Made by a program: the position numbers and the translations under genes. Positions 38,035 to 48,074 of a stretch of 64,000 bases of DNA are shown here, one piece after another (within the stretch, counting starts at the first letter, position 1; each line of letters begins with the position of its first letter). The notes under the pieces are model-generated. The model searched no databases. It worked only from the letters and a program-made list of their open reading frames with translations, and had not been told where the DNA came from. The DNA comes from Candidatus Poribacteria bacterium (GTDB lineage: Bacteria > Poribacteria > WGA-4E > WGA-3G), in contig JAJEDN010000130.1 in the NCBI GenBank assembly GCA_022821495.1, positions 14,924 through 78,923 of the forward strand. Direction: 5' to 3'.

Positions 38035-38976
38035 ATGGGTTCGCAAGTAAAACCCACATATTTCTACCTAACAGCGATTCCTGATCGACTTACAGAGTTA
38101 GTCGCTGCCGAGTGTATCGCCCTAACAGGATCTGCGCCAAACAAACACGGAGTCGCTATTTCAGAACGGTGCGTTGATGTGCGTCGAGGCGCGTATCTGA
38201 AAAGTTGTAGCGAAGTCCTTTTTGAAACGACCAGTCTTGCTGAGCTTTATGCGAATATTCGAGCCGCAAGTTTATACGCTGACGACTTTCGAGTTTCTGT
38301 CGTGAAAAAACCTCGCAGCCTCAATCTAAATTCAATGGAACTCGCAAGCGACATCGGCAGTATCATTGACGGAAATGCGAACTTAACCCAACCCAAAGTT
38401 ACCTTCCTCACGATTGTCACGGATGAGAAGATCTGGTTCGGACGCCGCCTTTCTGAATCTGATAATATATGGCTTGCCCACGACCAACGTCCGCACGTAA
38501 CGTCAAGTTCCTTACCTTCCAGACTTGCGCGTGTACTCGTTAATTTAGTAGCACATCCCGGAGATACCTTGCTCGACCCTTGCTGTGGGACAGGCACAAT
38601 AGTCATGTCCGCAGCACATAGCGGCATCCGGGCGGTCGGATACGACAACAACCCACGGATGGTCGGCGCAACGACGAAAAATCTTCAACATTTTGGACTC
38701 ACAGCAGATATCGCATTAGACGACGCACGGCAGATTCGCGGGCAGTTTGACGCTATCGCAACGGATCTACCTTACGGTATCAATCTCATCAAAGATAACT
38801 TTCAAGACGCAGAGATTTTAGCCAATTTACGCACATGCGCCCGAAAAGCAGCCTTCATCGACCTCCGGGATCTTAGCAAGCCCCTGAACGATCACGGTTA
38901 TCGGATAGAAACTGTCCTCGCTGTGCCGAAACTGAGTATCGTCAGACGCATTTTCATTGCTTCTATGATAGAATAA
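38035..38976 (+). CDS. SAM-dependent RNA/DNA methyltransferase (UPF0020/Trm11-RlmL-like, THUMP-like N-terminus)
   Basis: Motif I is LDPCCGTGTI. Motif IV is DLPYG. The track start 38005 is a non-ATG codon, so I prefer ATG 38035. Confidence 0.7.
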   Translation: MGSQVKPTYFYLTAIPDRLTELVAAECIALTGSAPNKHGVAISERCVDVRRGAYLKSCSEVLFETTSLAELYANIRAASLYADDFRVSVVKKPRSLNLNSMELASDIGSIIDGNANLTQPKVTFLTIVTDEKIWFGRRLSESDNIWLAHDQRPHVTSSSLPSRLARVLVNLVAHPGDTLLDPCCGTGTIVMSAAHSGIRAVGYDNNPRMVGATTKNLQHFGLTADIALDDARQIRGQFDAIATDLPYGINLIKDNFQDAEILANLRTCARKAAFIDLRDLSKPLNDHGYRIETVLAVPKLSIVRRIFIASMIE

Positions 38977-38984
38977 AGTGCCTC

Positions 38985-39431
38985 CTAATAATCCTCAACA
39001 TTTTCATAGAAGTCCGTTTCTGGTAAGTATTCTTCTTCGTTAAGTTCTTCTTCTTCATGCGCCTCGTATTCGCGCAGATTTAAGAGCGCATCCAGCTCGT
39101 TCGGATTTTCCATATAGAATTTACAAATCCATCCATCACCTTCTGGAAAACGGTTGAGAAGCTCAATGTCATCTTCAAGTGCAGCATTGACCTCATAAAC
39201 TTCACCGCTTATAGGCGCGTAGATGTAGAAATTCCGTCCATCGGATGTCTCAATACGTCCGATAATTTCGCCTTGCTCATATTCATCAAGAATGGGCAGC
39301 TCCACAAAAACAATACTGCCATAAACATCTTGAATCCGTTCCGTGATTCCGATGTTACACTCCCTTGAATCGGAATCGAGAACTTCAATCCACTCGTGTG
39401 TCGTCGTATATTTTATTTCAATGTTTTCCAT
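38985..39431 (-). CDS. Glycine-cleavage H-protein-like protein lacking the lipoyl-lysine, acidic C-terminal tail
   Basis: YTTTHEWIEV and IYAPISGEV align to GcvH. The ESVKA lipoylation site reads ETSDGRN. The preferred start is ATG 39431. Confidence 0.7.
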   Translation of the reverse strand: MENIEIKYTTTHEWIEVLDSDSRECNIGITERIQDVYGSIVFVELPILDEYEQGEIIGRIETSDGRNFYIYAPISGEVYEVNAALEDDIELLNRFPEGDGWICKFYMENPNELDALLNLREYEAHEEEELNEEEYLPETDFYENVEDY

Positions 39432-39454
39432 AACGAATCGTCTCCGATTAACTA

Positions 39455-39748
39455 TCACACTCCAATGCCATAACTTTGGAGTTGTGAATGGAAAGTTTCA
39501 AGCGTACTTTGTCGGACCTGAACTTCGATAATAGGATCCGGGTCATATTTTGTATCCAAGACCTTTCCGCCTAAACGTTTACACAGGGTAACAACAGTCC
39601 CGATGTCTCGGTAATTGATTTTTAGATACAAATTCTCATAAAAAATATGGGTTTCAATCGTAGCGTTTTGATGGACATCACAATTGTAACCTCTTTCGCT
39701 AATAGGTTTGTCCAATTGAAAAGGCGTATGCAGCTGCCCCCTGAGCAA
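39455..39748 (-). CDS. Hypothetical protein (start uncertain)
   Basis: A 97-aa ORF that fills the gap between the OM protein and the GcvH-like gene. Its annotated ATG overlaps the upstream gene by 50 nt, and there is no internal ATG. Confidence 0.3.
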   Translation of the reverse strand: MLRGQLHTPFQLDKPISERGYNCDVHQNATIETHIFYENLYLKINYRDIGTVVTLCKRLGGKVLDTKYDPDPIIEVQVRQSTLETFHSQLQSYGIGV

Positions 39749-40811
39749 TGTGAATACGCTCTCCCATAGCCACGGTAGGTATGAGTTGCGGCGTATATGC
39801 AGCGTTCAGCGTTATATTTCCGAACCTGACACCGATCCCAAGGCACAGACCTTCTGCTTTCCAGAGCCGTTCTTCCGCTTCAAAGACACCATCTTCCAAG
39901 AGAAATACGGACACCTGACGCTTTTCTGTGTGCCTGAGGTATCCAATTCGACCACCAATCCGATCGAGATACCACACTTCAACCCCTACATTTGCCCGGA
40001 CACCATCGCGAAACGGAGGGTGGGCATCTAACCCGATGCGCAACGCTATGTCCGATAACTCACGCTGATACGAGATACCCGCAACAATTGTGCGTTCCAT
40101 CGTATCTGGGATCGAAACTTCTGGAAAGGAGAGTCCATTACTTAAGTTTCTCGCGACAACACCCATCTGGATTGTGTCACCAAACCGCTGGATCAGACCA
40201 ATATTGTAGGCGTAACCGTGTCCTAAGTGTTCTACTTCATTTGCATCTGTCACTTTAGAGCGCAGCCATTTGGTATCGACCCCAATAACGGTCCCTTTCA
40301 ATATATTTAACCCATAACTGAAGCCGATGGCAAGGTTATTTTCAGGAAAACTGTTGAGTGCTTTTCCGTCATGATCAACGCGCCGAAAACGACCCTCTTG
40401 TAGAAAAGCGGCCGCGACTCCAAACGTGCCGAGTCTACCCGCTGGGAATATATAGTTTAAGGTTTCAATACCATAGGCACCTTGTTCGTACTGGCTATAA
40501 TCTTCATAGTTCGCCTTGGCGTTCGGTTTAGAGAGCAGTGCGATGGTACGTGGAAAGCGGGTCGCATGAATAACAAACTGGCTTTCTTCTGCTGCATTAA
40601 TACCCGCAGGATTGCTACCAAGAGCGTTCGCACCGCGAGTTGTTCCGACAAAACTGCCGCCCATTCCATGATGCTCTGCCCCCAGTAATTGCTTCAAAAA
40701 TCTGTCCGCTGAGGCTGTTGTGTTTGCTGACGCAGTAACACTATTTGAAAGCAGAAAATAAACCATGAGACAGAACACGGTGCCTGCAGCACAATTGCCG
40801 ATGTATTTCAC
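39699..40811 (-). CDS. Outer-membrane beta-barrel protein, PorV/PorQ-like (tentative)
   Basis: 370 aa. Signal peptide. The N-terminal GMGGSFVGTTRGANALGSNPAGI motif resembles PorV/LptO-type proteins. Alternating beta-strand pattern, with a C-terminal aromatic residue (..GQTY). Confidence 0.5.
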   Translation of the reverse strand: MKYIGNCAAGTVFCLMVYFLLSNSVTASANTTASADRFLKQLLGAEHHGMGGSFVGTTRGANALGSNPAGINAAEESQFVIHATRFPRTIALLSKPNAKANYEDYSQYEQGAYGIETLNYIFPAGRLGTFGVAAAFLQEGRFRRVDHDGKALNSFPENNLAIGFSYGLNILKGTVIGVDTKWLRSKVTDANEVEHLGHGYAYNIGLIQRFGDTIQMGVVARNLSNGLSFPEVSIPDTMERTIVAGISYQRELSDIALRIGLDAHPPFRDGVRANVGVEVWYLDRIGGRIGYLRHTEKRQVSVFLLEDGVFEAEERLWKAEGLCLGIGVRFGNITLNAAYTPQLIPTVAMGERIHIAQGAAAYAFSIGQTY

Positions 40812-40858
40812 TTGTTACCTCGCGCTAAAGAGACATACGGAACGTCCCTTTTTTAGAA

Positions 40859-40905
40859 TGCAGGCGGGGTTTGAAACCTCGCCCGCAGTGGGCTGCGTAA
40901 ATCCT
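40859..40905. repeat. Dispersed repeat, family 2 (GGGTTTGAAACC-centred palindrome + TGCGTAA[AG]TCC box)
   Basis: tgcaggcggggtttgaaacctcgcccgcagtgggctgcgtaaatcct. It is similar to 60208-60251. Confidence 0.7.
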
Positions 40906-40934
40906 ATAAGATCGGGTGGAGAATGTAGATTGAA

Positions 40935-41327
40935 TCATACAGAGCAGAGTGTCACCTGCGCTACGGCGTAGGTATTTGTATGGGACATTGAGACATATAT
41001 AGCACCGATATTCTGTTCATGTGCATAGCGTTGGACTTCGCCATGTAAAACGATTTCCGGCTTTCCGACGGTGTTCGCCTGAATTTCTACATCTTGCCAG
41101 CGCATACCCGTCGTTAAACCGGTGCCGAGCGCTTTAAGCGTAGCTTCCTTCGCAGCAAAACGGGCAGCAAGCCGCCAATACCGTGACGGGGCGTCCCCGC
41201 AATATGTAAGTTCCTGATGTGTATAAACCCGCTGCTCGAACCGTGTTCCCCAGCGATTGGACGCTTCCTGAATTCGCGCAACTTCAACAATATCAATACC
41301 AATTCCGTGTATCTTTTGTGGGTGCAT
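40935..41327 (-). CDS. acpS: Holo-[acyl-carrier-protein] synthase
   Basis: GIGIDIVEVARI motif and appropriate size. The track ORF extends to 41348 and overlaps folP. I prefer the Met at 41327. Confidence 0.85.
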   Translation of the reverse strand: MHPQKIHGIGIDIVEVARIQEASNRWGTRFEQRVYTHQELTYCGDAPSRYWRLAARFAAKEATLKALGTGLTTGMRWQDVEIQANTVGKPEIVLHGEVQRYAHEQNIGAIYVSMSHTNTYAVAQVTLCSV

Positions 41328-41331
41328 CGGT

Positions 41332-42156
41332 TTATCTATAGAGCGCATCCGTCATTTTTGCCGCACGGACATTCGCTTTGACATCATGAACACGAACAAT
41401 ATCCGCACCGTGCGTAATAGCCCAACACACTGTCGCTGCTGTCCCTTCAACGCGCGCTGTTACAGGAAGTCCCAGAACAGTTCCTATAAACGATTTTCGT
41501 GAAGTGCCGATAAGCAGTGGCTTGTTCAGTGATCGAAATTCTGTGAGACGTTTCAAAAGTTCAATATTGTGTTCCGCTGTCTTGCCAAATCCAATACCGG
41601 GATCAACAATAATACGTTCCGCCGCTACATCCGCCGCTTCCGCAGTTTGGATACTCTCTTGAAGCGACGCGCAAACCTCTCCGACAACGTCATCGTACTG
41701 CGGTGCTTTTTGCATCGTGCGAGGTGTGCCCTTTATATGCATCAGGATGAGTCCTGCTTCCATTTCTGCCACAACCGATGCCATCGCAGGGTCGCCGCGT
41801 AATGCAGTGATGTCATTGATAAGGTGGGCACCCGACGCCAGTGCCTGTCGTGCGACTTCTGATTTATATGTATCAACAGAGATTAAAACGTCAACTGCAC
41901 CAACAATAGCACGAATAACAGGTATGACACGTGCCAACTCTTCATCAATTGATACCGGGGACGCACCTGGACGGGACGACTCACCCCCTATATCAATGAG
42001 CGTTGCACCTTCTGCTACCATTGACTTAGCATGCGCAACCGCTTGCTGGACATCAAGATAGCGCCCCCCATCAGAAAAGGAGTCTGGCGTGACGTTCAAG
42101 ATACCCATCACATGTGTGCGTGCACCTAAAGTAAGGGTTTTGCCACGACAGTTCAT
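41332..42156 (-). CDS. folP: Dihydropteroate synthase
   Basis: Motifs GILNVTPDSFSDGG, DIGGESSRPG and conserved downstream blocks. I prefer the Met at 42156. The track start 42216 would overlap the ftsH 3' end. Confidence 0.9.
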   Translation of the reverse strand: MNCRGKTLTLGARTHVMGILNVTPDSFSDGGRYLDVQQAVAHAKSMVAEGATLIDIGGESSRPGASPVSIDEELARVIPVIRAIVGAVDVLISVDTYKSEVARQALASGAHLINDITALRGDPAMASVVAEMEAGLILMHIKGTPRTMQKAPQYDDVVGEVCASLQESIQTAEAADVAAERIIVDPGIGFGKTAEHNIELLKRLTEFRSLNKPLLIGTSRKSFIGTVLGLPVTARVEGTAATVCWAITHGADIVRVHDVKANVRAAKMTDALYR

Positions 42157-42163
42157 ACTACTA

Positions 42164-44116
42164 TTATACAATTGATTTGGAAGGCAGTTGTGGTCGGGGT
42201 CCGAGGATTTCATCAATCTCTTCGGTAACCAGAGTTTCCCGTTCTAACAAAGCGTCTGCCAGCAACTTTAATCCCTCAAGATTCGTTTCCAAAATATCCC
42301 GTGCCTTTTTGTAGCACTCTGTAACGATATCATGGACGGCTTTATCGATTTCAATAGCAGTTTTCTCGCTATAATCCTGATGGACGCTTAACTCCTTACC
42401 GAGGAAGACCTGTTCGTCCCGTCTACCGTAGGTAAGCGGACCCATGTGGCTCATACCCCACTGTGTTACCATGCGGCGGGCAAGGCTCGTCGCTTGCTCA
42501 AAATCGTTTTGGGCACCAGTCGTCTGTTCTCCAAAGATAATTTCCTCGGCAACTCTGCCACCAAGCGCGAATATGATGTGAGCAAGTAAACGCTTTTTGC
42601 TCATGTTATGACGTTCTTCAAGCGGAAGTTTTGCTGTTACACCGAGTGCTCTACCGCGAGGGACAATCGTACACTTATAGTTCGGATCGCTTTCAGGGAC
42701 AAAGTGTAACATAAGGGCATGTCCGGCTTCATGGTAGGCAGTGATTCGCCGTTCTTCCTCACTAATCACCAGACTTCGGCGCTCCGGTCCCATAAGCACG
42801 CGGTCCTTTGCTTCGTCGAAACACATCATGTCAATCTCTGTTTTGTCGCATCTTGCAGCAAGGAGCGCGGCTTCGTTGGTCATATTTTCGAGGTCCGCAC
42901 CGGAGAAGCCCGGTGTCGCTTTCGCCAAAATTTCTAAATTGACATCTTCAGCAAGTTTATAGGGATGTTTCGTATGGACTTTAAGGATCGCCTCTCTACC
43001 CCGAACATCAGGAAGATCCACGACAATCTGCCGATCAAATCTACCCGGACGGAGCAGTGCTGGATCCAAAACATCCGGACGGTTTGTAGCAGCAATCAGA
43101 ATTACACCGACGACATCTTCAAACCCTTGCATCTCAACGAGGAGCGCATTTAAGGTCTGCTCACGTTCATCGTGTCCGCCACCGATACCCGCACCGCGAT
43201 GTCTGCCGACAGCGTCCAACTCATCAATAAAGATGATACACGGGGCATTCTTCTTGCCGAGTTCAAACAGATCCCGGACACGAGAGGCTCCTACACCGAC
43301 AAACATTTCGACAAAATCGGAACCACTGATACTATAGAAAGGCACATCGGCTTCACCGGCAACTGCTTTTGCCAGCATCGTCTTACCGGTACCCGGCGGT
43401 CCCATCAGTAAAACACCTTTCGGGACTCTACCGCCAAGCCGTTCAAATTTTTTCGGGGTCTTCAGAAATTGGATAACTTCCTCAAGTGCCTCTTTCGCTT
43501 CATCAACGCCCGCGACATCTTCAAAGGTCACTTTTGTTTGTGTCTCAGAGTGCAGGCGGGCACGGCTTTTGCCAAAAGAGAGCGCTCGATTTCCACTCCC
43601 CTGCATCTGACGGGACAGGAAAATCATTAAACCTAAGAAAATAAGAAGCGGGACGATCGTTGTCCCAAAGATAAGCAAACCTTGCGGAAATTTGGAGGGC
43701 GGTTCAACATTATAATCTATACCGAACTCGTCAAGCTTCGCTTGGATGTCGTAATCATCAATCGGGTCACGACTCGCTCTAAATTCACCTTCCCATCTTG
43801 GCGGAAGATGTGCGTCTCGTTCTTCAGGAGCTACATTCGACAGAATTTGTGCCTCGATTTTACCAAGAATATCCTTACGAAATCGTCCTTCAATCCATTC
43901 CTCATCCAACGTTAAATACCCATCAAATACGATTTCTTCTTTGTTCTTTATATATTGATGAAAGTCAGAGGTCGCCAGTTGATAAACGGGATCTCTGCGG
44001 TTAAATAGTTGGTAGATACCGAGCACAACGATACCAGCAATAACTACCCACCATATCACCATGCTTCTTGTACTTTTATTCACAATAGCCTCTCTATTTA
44101 ATATGAGATCAGACAA
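42164..44116 (-). CDS. ftsH: ATP-dependent zinc metalloprotease FtsH
   Basis: 650 aa. Two TM helices. AAA Walker A is [18 protein letters not shown]. The SRH region is present. Zinc motif is HEAGHAL. Confidence 0.95.
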   Translation of the reverse strand: MSDLILNREAIVNKSTRSMVIWWVVIAGIVVLGIYQLFNRRDPVYQLATSDFHQYIKNKEEIVFDGYLTLDEEWIEGRFRKDILGKIEAQILSNVAPEERDAHLPPRWEGEFRASRDPIDDYDIQAKLDEFGIDYNVEPPSKFPQGLLIFGTTIVPLLIFLGLMIFLSRQMQGSGNRALSFGKSRARLHSETQTKVTFEDVAGVDEAKEALEEVIQFLKTPKKFERLGGRVPKGVLLMGPPGTGKTMLAKAVAGEADVPFYSISGSDFVEMFVGVGASRVRDLFELGKKNAPCIIFIDELDAVGRHRGAGIGGGHDEREQTLNALLVEMQGFEDVVGVILIAATNRPDVLDPALLRPGRFDRQIVVDLPDVRGREAILKVHTKHPYKLAEDVNLEILAKATPGFSGADLENMTNEAALLAARCDKTEIDMMCFDEAKDRVLMGPERRSLVISEEERRITAYHEAGHALMLHFVPESDPNYKCTIVPRGRALGVTAKLPLEERHNMSKKRLLAHIIFALGGRVAEEIIFGEQTTGAQNDFEQATSLARRMVTQWGMSHMGPLTYGRRDEQVFLGKELSVHQDYSEKTAIEIDKAVHDIVTECYKKARDILETNLEGLKLLADALLERETLVTEEIDEILGPRPQLPSKSIV

Positions 44117-44418
44117 AAATACGATTTCTTCAAAACCTGTTTAAAAGTATAACAAATTTTTTCCGAAATTTCAATTGATTTTTCAAAAAAGACACATTCG
44201 CAAGCCTGACTTCCAATAATTGCTAATTTTAATTGGATAAAATAATCTGTTTTAAGGTATACTTTATAATTAACGAAGGAATCACGAGTAAATACGACTA
44301 ACATCTCGAACCACATCGGAATGTTTATGCACACACGCGTCAGCGATCAGGGGCAAAAAATATTAAGGTAACGCCATTGAAATCTTCTCACCAGTAGGAT
44401 TCGGAAAAGGGGGAATTC

Positions 44419-45129
44419 ATGAGCATTAACAAACAAATAATTGTAATCATCGGCTTCTTACTCATCATAACGCCTTATGCTTTAGGGCATGTCATGGGTG
44501 AAAATCTTCAAAATTTTCAATACAACGCAGAACTCGTACCCGTCGCACCTATCGTAGACGGCTACCTTGATGACCCCGTCTGGGAGAAAGCAGTCCCCGG
44601 AAAACTGGAACAAGATTTAGTTACCGGAGAACGGCGCCCCGAATCCCCTGATTTTACAGGGTCCTTCGCGGCTGTCTGGCGGAATGGATTTCTTTATATG
44701 GCGGTTAAACTCATTGATGATCAAATTGAAACGCGCCAAAAGAAACTGCTTCGGCAAGACCATCTTATTATCTACTTAGATCCACACCATTCTGGACGCA
44801 AGGAAGATATGTATCGCTTTGAAATCCCAATCGGGAACCGGACAGGTGTGCTAAAATCTCCGCTCACACGTGTTGAATGGGGAAACGATGGACAAACATG
44901 CGAACTCAGTTTCCGATTAGATAATATCGCAAGTAAAGGAAATGCCGTCGGATTCGCGATTACTTATAACGACGTTGATTATGGGCAACTACAACATAAA
45001 ATCACATGGGCTCCCGAAGGTTACACTGAGGAATACGAGTATATTGCCGACCTCGTTTTCACAGCGAAAATTGAACCCAATAAACAGCAAAAATTAATCC
45101 AGTGGGGGCGCATCAAAAGCCTCTACTAA
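44419..45129 (+). CDS. Secreted CBM9/DOMON-like carbohydrate-binding protein (tentative)
   Basis: 236 aa. Signal peptide. The DGYLDDPVWEKA motif is typical of CBM9-like modules. Confidence 0.5.
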   Translation: MSINKQIIVIIGFLLIITPYALGHVMGENLQNFQYNAELVPVAPIVDGYLDDPVWEKAVPGKLEQDLVTGERRPESPDFTGSFAAVWRNGFLYMAVKLIDDQIETRQKKLLRQDHLIIYLDPHHSGRKEDMYRFEIPIGNRTGVLKSPLTRVEWGNDGQTCELSFRLDNIASKGNAVGFAITYNDVDYGQLQHKITWAPEGYTEEYEYIADLVFTAKIEPNKQQKLIQWGRIKSLY

Positions 45130-45191
45130 CGCATCAACAGAGGGCGCTGCATCTAAACTGCGCCCTATTCTCAAATAGCATTGGAGAAACT

Positions 45192-45371
45192 GTGTATTAT
45201 ATCGGAAAAACTTTGGAACTGATGGGCATAGCCTGTTTAGGTGCAGCACTCTACCTCGGTTGTGTCAATCCCTTCGATTACAGTGAATCCAAAGCGATGG
45301 GTGTTGAGATGGGGTTCCTAACGCTCGGCGTTCTCATCTTCTTTGTCGGCAGACTCATCGAGAAACGTTAA
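45192..45371 (+). CDS. Small two-TM membrane protein (hypothetical)
   Basis: A GTG at 45192 is preceded by GGAGA. Two hydrophobic helices. The track ORF start at 45102 would overlap the previous gene. Confidence 0.35.
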   Translation: MYYIGKTLELMGIACLGAALYLGCVNPFDYSESKAMGVEMGFLTLGVLIFFVGRLIEKR

Positions 45372-45389
45372 TAAATCTGTGACCTGTAC

Positions 45390-46277
45390 CTATGAGATAC
45401 GCGTAATCGCAATCCCTTGCTCACCTGCAACAGAATAGAGCAACCACTTTTCCCCAGCTTCACAATAGATAGCCGGATCGCGAAGTTCATGCACCCGCTC
45501 CCGATCCAACCCACCCGTTGACGGCTTAATCGGCAGATCTACCCCCTCAAAATCGTATTTCGGCGCAATAACTTCTACCGGTTCAGACGGATGCCAATCA
45601 TTCCAATCGTCTGTCAACTGAACAGTGCTTTTTCGGATACGTTCCGGACTATCCCCATAGAGTGAATAATAAACAGTCAAGGTGTCACCCGCTAAAAAGT
45701 TCGCCGTATGACGCGGGAAACCGGTGTTGTTTTTTTCTGACTTGCGGTGAAAAAGTGGCGTGGCTCGTGGAACAAACGCTGTCGTCCATTCTGGCGTTTC
45801 TCCACGACTGAGCCAGCCGTGGTACGTCGCATACGGGTAACCCTTCCACCAGAAAACGCGATAATACGGGCCCATCTGCCGATTCCGTGTATCTGAGGCA
45901 GTGTAGTTTATACCATCCTTAGAGGTCGCCCAACAGGTTGACTGTCCCTGATAACTCCCGTGAAAATACATAAAGAAACGACGGTTCTCCTCATCTATAT
46001 GGACATCCGGGGAAGCGATGTGGTCGCCTTCTCGAAACACAGTATTGTCACGATGCAGTACACCCGGACGATAGACAGTATAAGGTCCTTCAAGGGCATC
46101 AGCATACGCCAAGCGGATATACGCACCACGGTGGTGCGCGAAATAGAGATAATATCTCCCCAACGGATTCTCAACCCATTCGGGGACACGAATGAGCGAA
46201 GGACCGTTGATATTCGAGAAACCGTGTTCCCTATCAAGTTCAGGCATCTCAGGATGAATTAGTAGTGTTCGATCCAT
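45390..46277 (-). CDS. Five-bladed beta-propeller glycoside-hydrolase-like protein (GH43/32/68 superfamily, tentative)
   Basis: I prefer ATG 46277 (MDRTLL, GAGGAAG upstream). GPSLIRVPEW...YYLYFAHH is a pattern common in GH43-like proteins. Confidence 0.5.
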   Translation of the reverse strand: MDRTLLIHPEMPELDREHGFSNINGPSLIRVPEWVENPLGRYYLYFAHHRGAYIRLAYADALEGPYTVYRPGVLHRDNTVFREGDHIASPDVHIDEENRRFFMYFHGSYQGQSTCWATSKDGINYTASDTRNRQMGPYYRVFWWKGYPYATYHGWLSRGETPEWTTAFVPRATPLFHRKSEKNNTGFPRHTANFLAGDTLTVYYSLYGDSPERIRKSTVQLTDDWNDWHPSEPVEVIAPKYDFEGVDLPIKPSTGGLDRERVHELRDPAIYCEAGEKWLLYSVAGEQGIAITRIS

Positions 46278-46296
46278 ATCTTCCTCGCTATTGTGA

Positions 46297-47118
46297 TTAA
46301 TCGTGTGCTTGGAACCGATATACCGCTTGTGCTTCTTCAGACATATTATTCCATATCTCTTCTGGAATCCGAGCACCGAAGATACCCGGGGCATCAGGGG
46401 CATGATGTAGACGTCGGAAATAGACTAAGGCGAGCATGTGTCTAACAGTAGATTCCGTCCGATTCGGCATCGCTCGGTGCCAGCACCGCATATCACGAAC
46501 AACAACAGACCCCGCAGGCATCTCTAACTGAAATGATGGGTAATTTGCCGCACGTTCTTCCTCACAGACATTATACGGTGTATTGCGTACCGCTTCATCA
46601 TCAACAATGAGATGCGAACCGGGCCACACCTCAGTAGCACCGTTTTCCACTGTAAAATCAACAAGCGGAACGTTAACGACAATCGTAGTGACCGGAAGCG
46701 CGAACGGCAGTTCAGGAAAAAGTTGACCTGAATCTCGGTGGATCCATTGTATCTCATTCCCTGGGCGAGTGCTGTTGCATCCATAAGGCAGATACGCAAA
46801 GATTTTTTCACCCATCGCTGCTTTTAGGATCGGCATCGCGAACGGGTTATCAATGATACGTGGATCCATGAACGGCATTTTTAGCATCGGGTTTTCGCCG
46901 TTCTGTCTCTCCTCTTCGTTCTGCTGGACGTTTTCCATAGCGACATTGAGATCTGCTATCCAGTCGCGCGGGAGGACGCTTTCAATGACGACCAATCCTG
47001 CCTCGCGTAGCAGACGCGCACCCGCATCAACGCTTTCGGAGGTCGGTTTGCCTTCAGCACGTTCCTGATCGGAAATCTCAAGCACAGGAATATTGACTGT
47101 TTTTCCTATAGTTTCCAT
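46297..47118 (-). CDS. Phytanoyl-CoA dioxygenase (PhyH) family Fe(II)/2-oxoglutarate oxygenase
   Basis: 273 aa. HxD motif (IHRDS) and GATEVWPGSH. Confidence 0.75.
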   Translation of the reverse strand: METIGKTVNIPVLEISDQERAEGKPTSESVDAGARLLREAGLVVIESVLPRDWIADLNVAMENVQQNEEERQNGENPMLKMPFMDPRIIDNPFAMPILKAAMGEKIFAYLPYGCNSTRPGNEIQWIHRDSGQLFPELPFALPVTTIVVNVPLVDFTVENGATEVWPGSHLIVDDEAVRNTPYNVCEEERAANYPSFQLEMPAGSVVVRDMRCWHRAMPNRTESTVRHMLALVYFRRLHHAPDAPGIFGARIPEEIWNNMSEEAQAVYRFQAHD

Positions 47119-47144
47119 TTACTAATCTACCTTTCTGACTGGTT

Positions 47145-47879
47145 TTAAGGAAGTTTTAGTTCTGATCGTACCGCTTGGCGAACCTTGTTGCATATCTGTA
47201 CCGCATGCTGAGCATTCTCGGCGGTCGCTGCCTTTCCGGGGTAGCGAAAGTCCACTGCATGGTCGGAAACCGTTGAAAAATCAACACGCCACGCGTCCCA
47301 TTCTGAAATAGTTGGGACAATCAAATCCAGCAAACTTTCTAAATCGTGCGTTTTTGAAAAACGGATGTTCACCTCTTGGAGCCATGCTTTTAAGTATTTT
47401 TCTATACACTGTTGGGCATGAAAACAGATGAGATCGAAATTCGGTGATGCCACTTGCCGATGCAATTTGATCGCATCATAATCACCCTCGGCTTTCTGTA
47501 TCCACTCAAGGGTTAACTGATTCATGGAGTCTCGCTTTTTTTCCAAAATTTTCGTGAAGAGATTGTCAGGCCCATAAAGGACCTCTCCTTTTTCCGTGAT
47601 TTCTCGGAGAAACCAATCGTTATATGAGATACGATAGGCAATTTCGTCTGGTGATCGCACAAGCACATCCATTGGGAAACGACGGGGAATCCGCTGCCGA
47701 ATCTCCACGCTGTGGCGGCGCGTCTCGGATTCAGGAATGTCCATAACGACCAGCAAATCAACATCCGAATCTTCGGTTGGCGTACCATACGCATAAGACC
47801 CAAAGAGGATAACCTGCAATGGCGCGAATTCACGCACGATGTCATCACATGTTGCCTGAATGTCCTCACGAGTAATCAT
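47145..47879 (-). CDS. Fused minimal nucleotidyltransferase (MNT) + HEPN domain protein
   Basis: I prefer ATG 47879 (GGAGG upstream). The NTase motif is LFGSYAYGTPTEDSDVDLLVV. The C-terminal HEPN segment is QQCIEKYLKAWL...VDFRYPG. Confidence 0.75.
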   Translation of the reverse strand: MITREDIQATCDDIVREFAPLQVILFGSYAYGTPTEDSDVDLLVVMDIPESETRRHSVEIRQRIPRRFPMDVLVRSPDEIAYRISYNDWFLREITEKGEVLYGPDNLFTKILEKKRDSMNQLTLEWIQKAEGDYDAIKLHRQVASPNFDLICFHAQQCIEKYLKAWLQEVNIRFSKTHDLESLLDLIVPTISEWDAWRVDFSTVSDHAVDFRYPGKAATAENAQHAVQICNKVRQAVRSELKLP

Positions 47880-48074
47880 CTGCTCGCCTCCTATTTTCAA
47901 AAGTATAACACAAAACATGCAGAGAATCAAGATTTATCGCTATAATAAAGGAAGCGATTCCGAATCAGAAAAAATTGTTGTTTTCTCCAGCGAATTCCTA
48001 TAGAATATTATAGGTTTTCAAGCTGCAATCCACCCGAATTAGTTTCAAGACTATGTTTATTCACAAAGGAGTTA

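Noticed and set aside
41332-42216. The long track starts for folP (42216), acpS (41348), the M6 protease (30595), the GH43-like gene (46403), the MNT-HEPN gene (47930) and others imply 17-126-nt gene overlaps.
   Set aside because: In each case a downstream ATG with a Shine-Dalgarno sequence or a family-typical N-terminus removes or reduces the overlap. The longer forms are most likely ORF-caller extensions.
44098-44334. A 78-aa ORF sits in the AT-rich ftsH upstream region.
   Set aside because: The region is AT-rich and promoter-like, lying between divergent genes. The ORF overlaps the ftsH start and looks non-coding.
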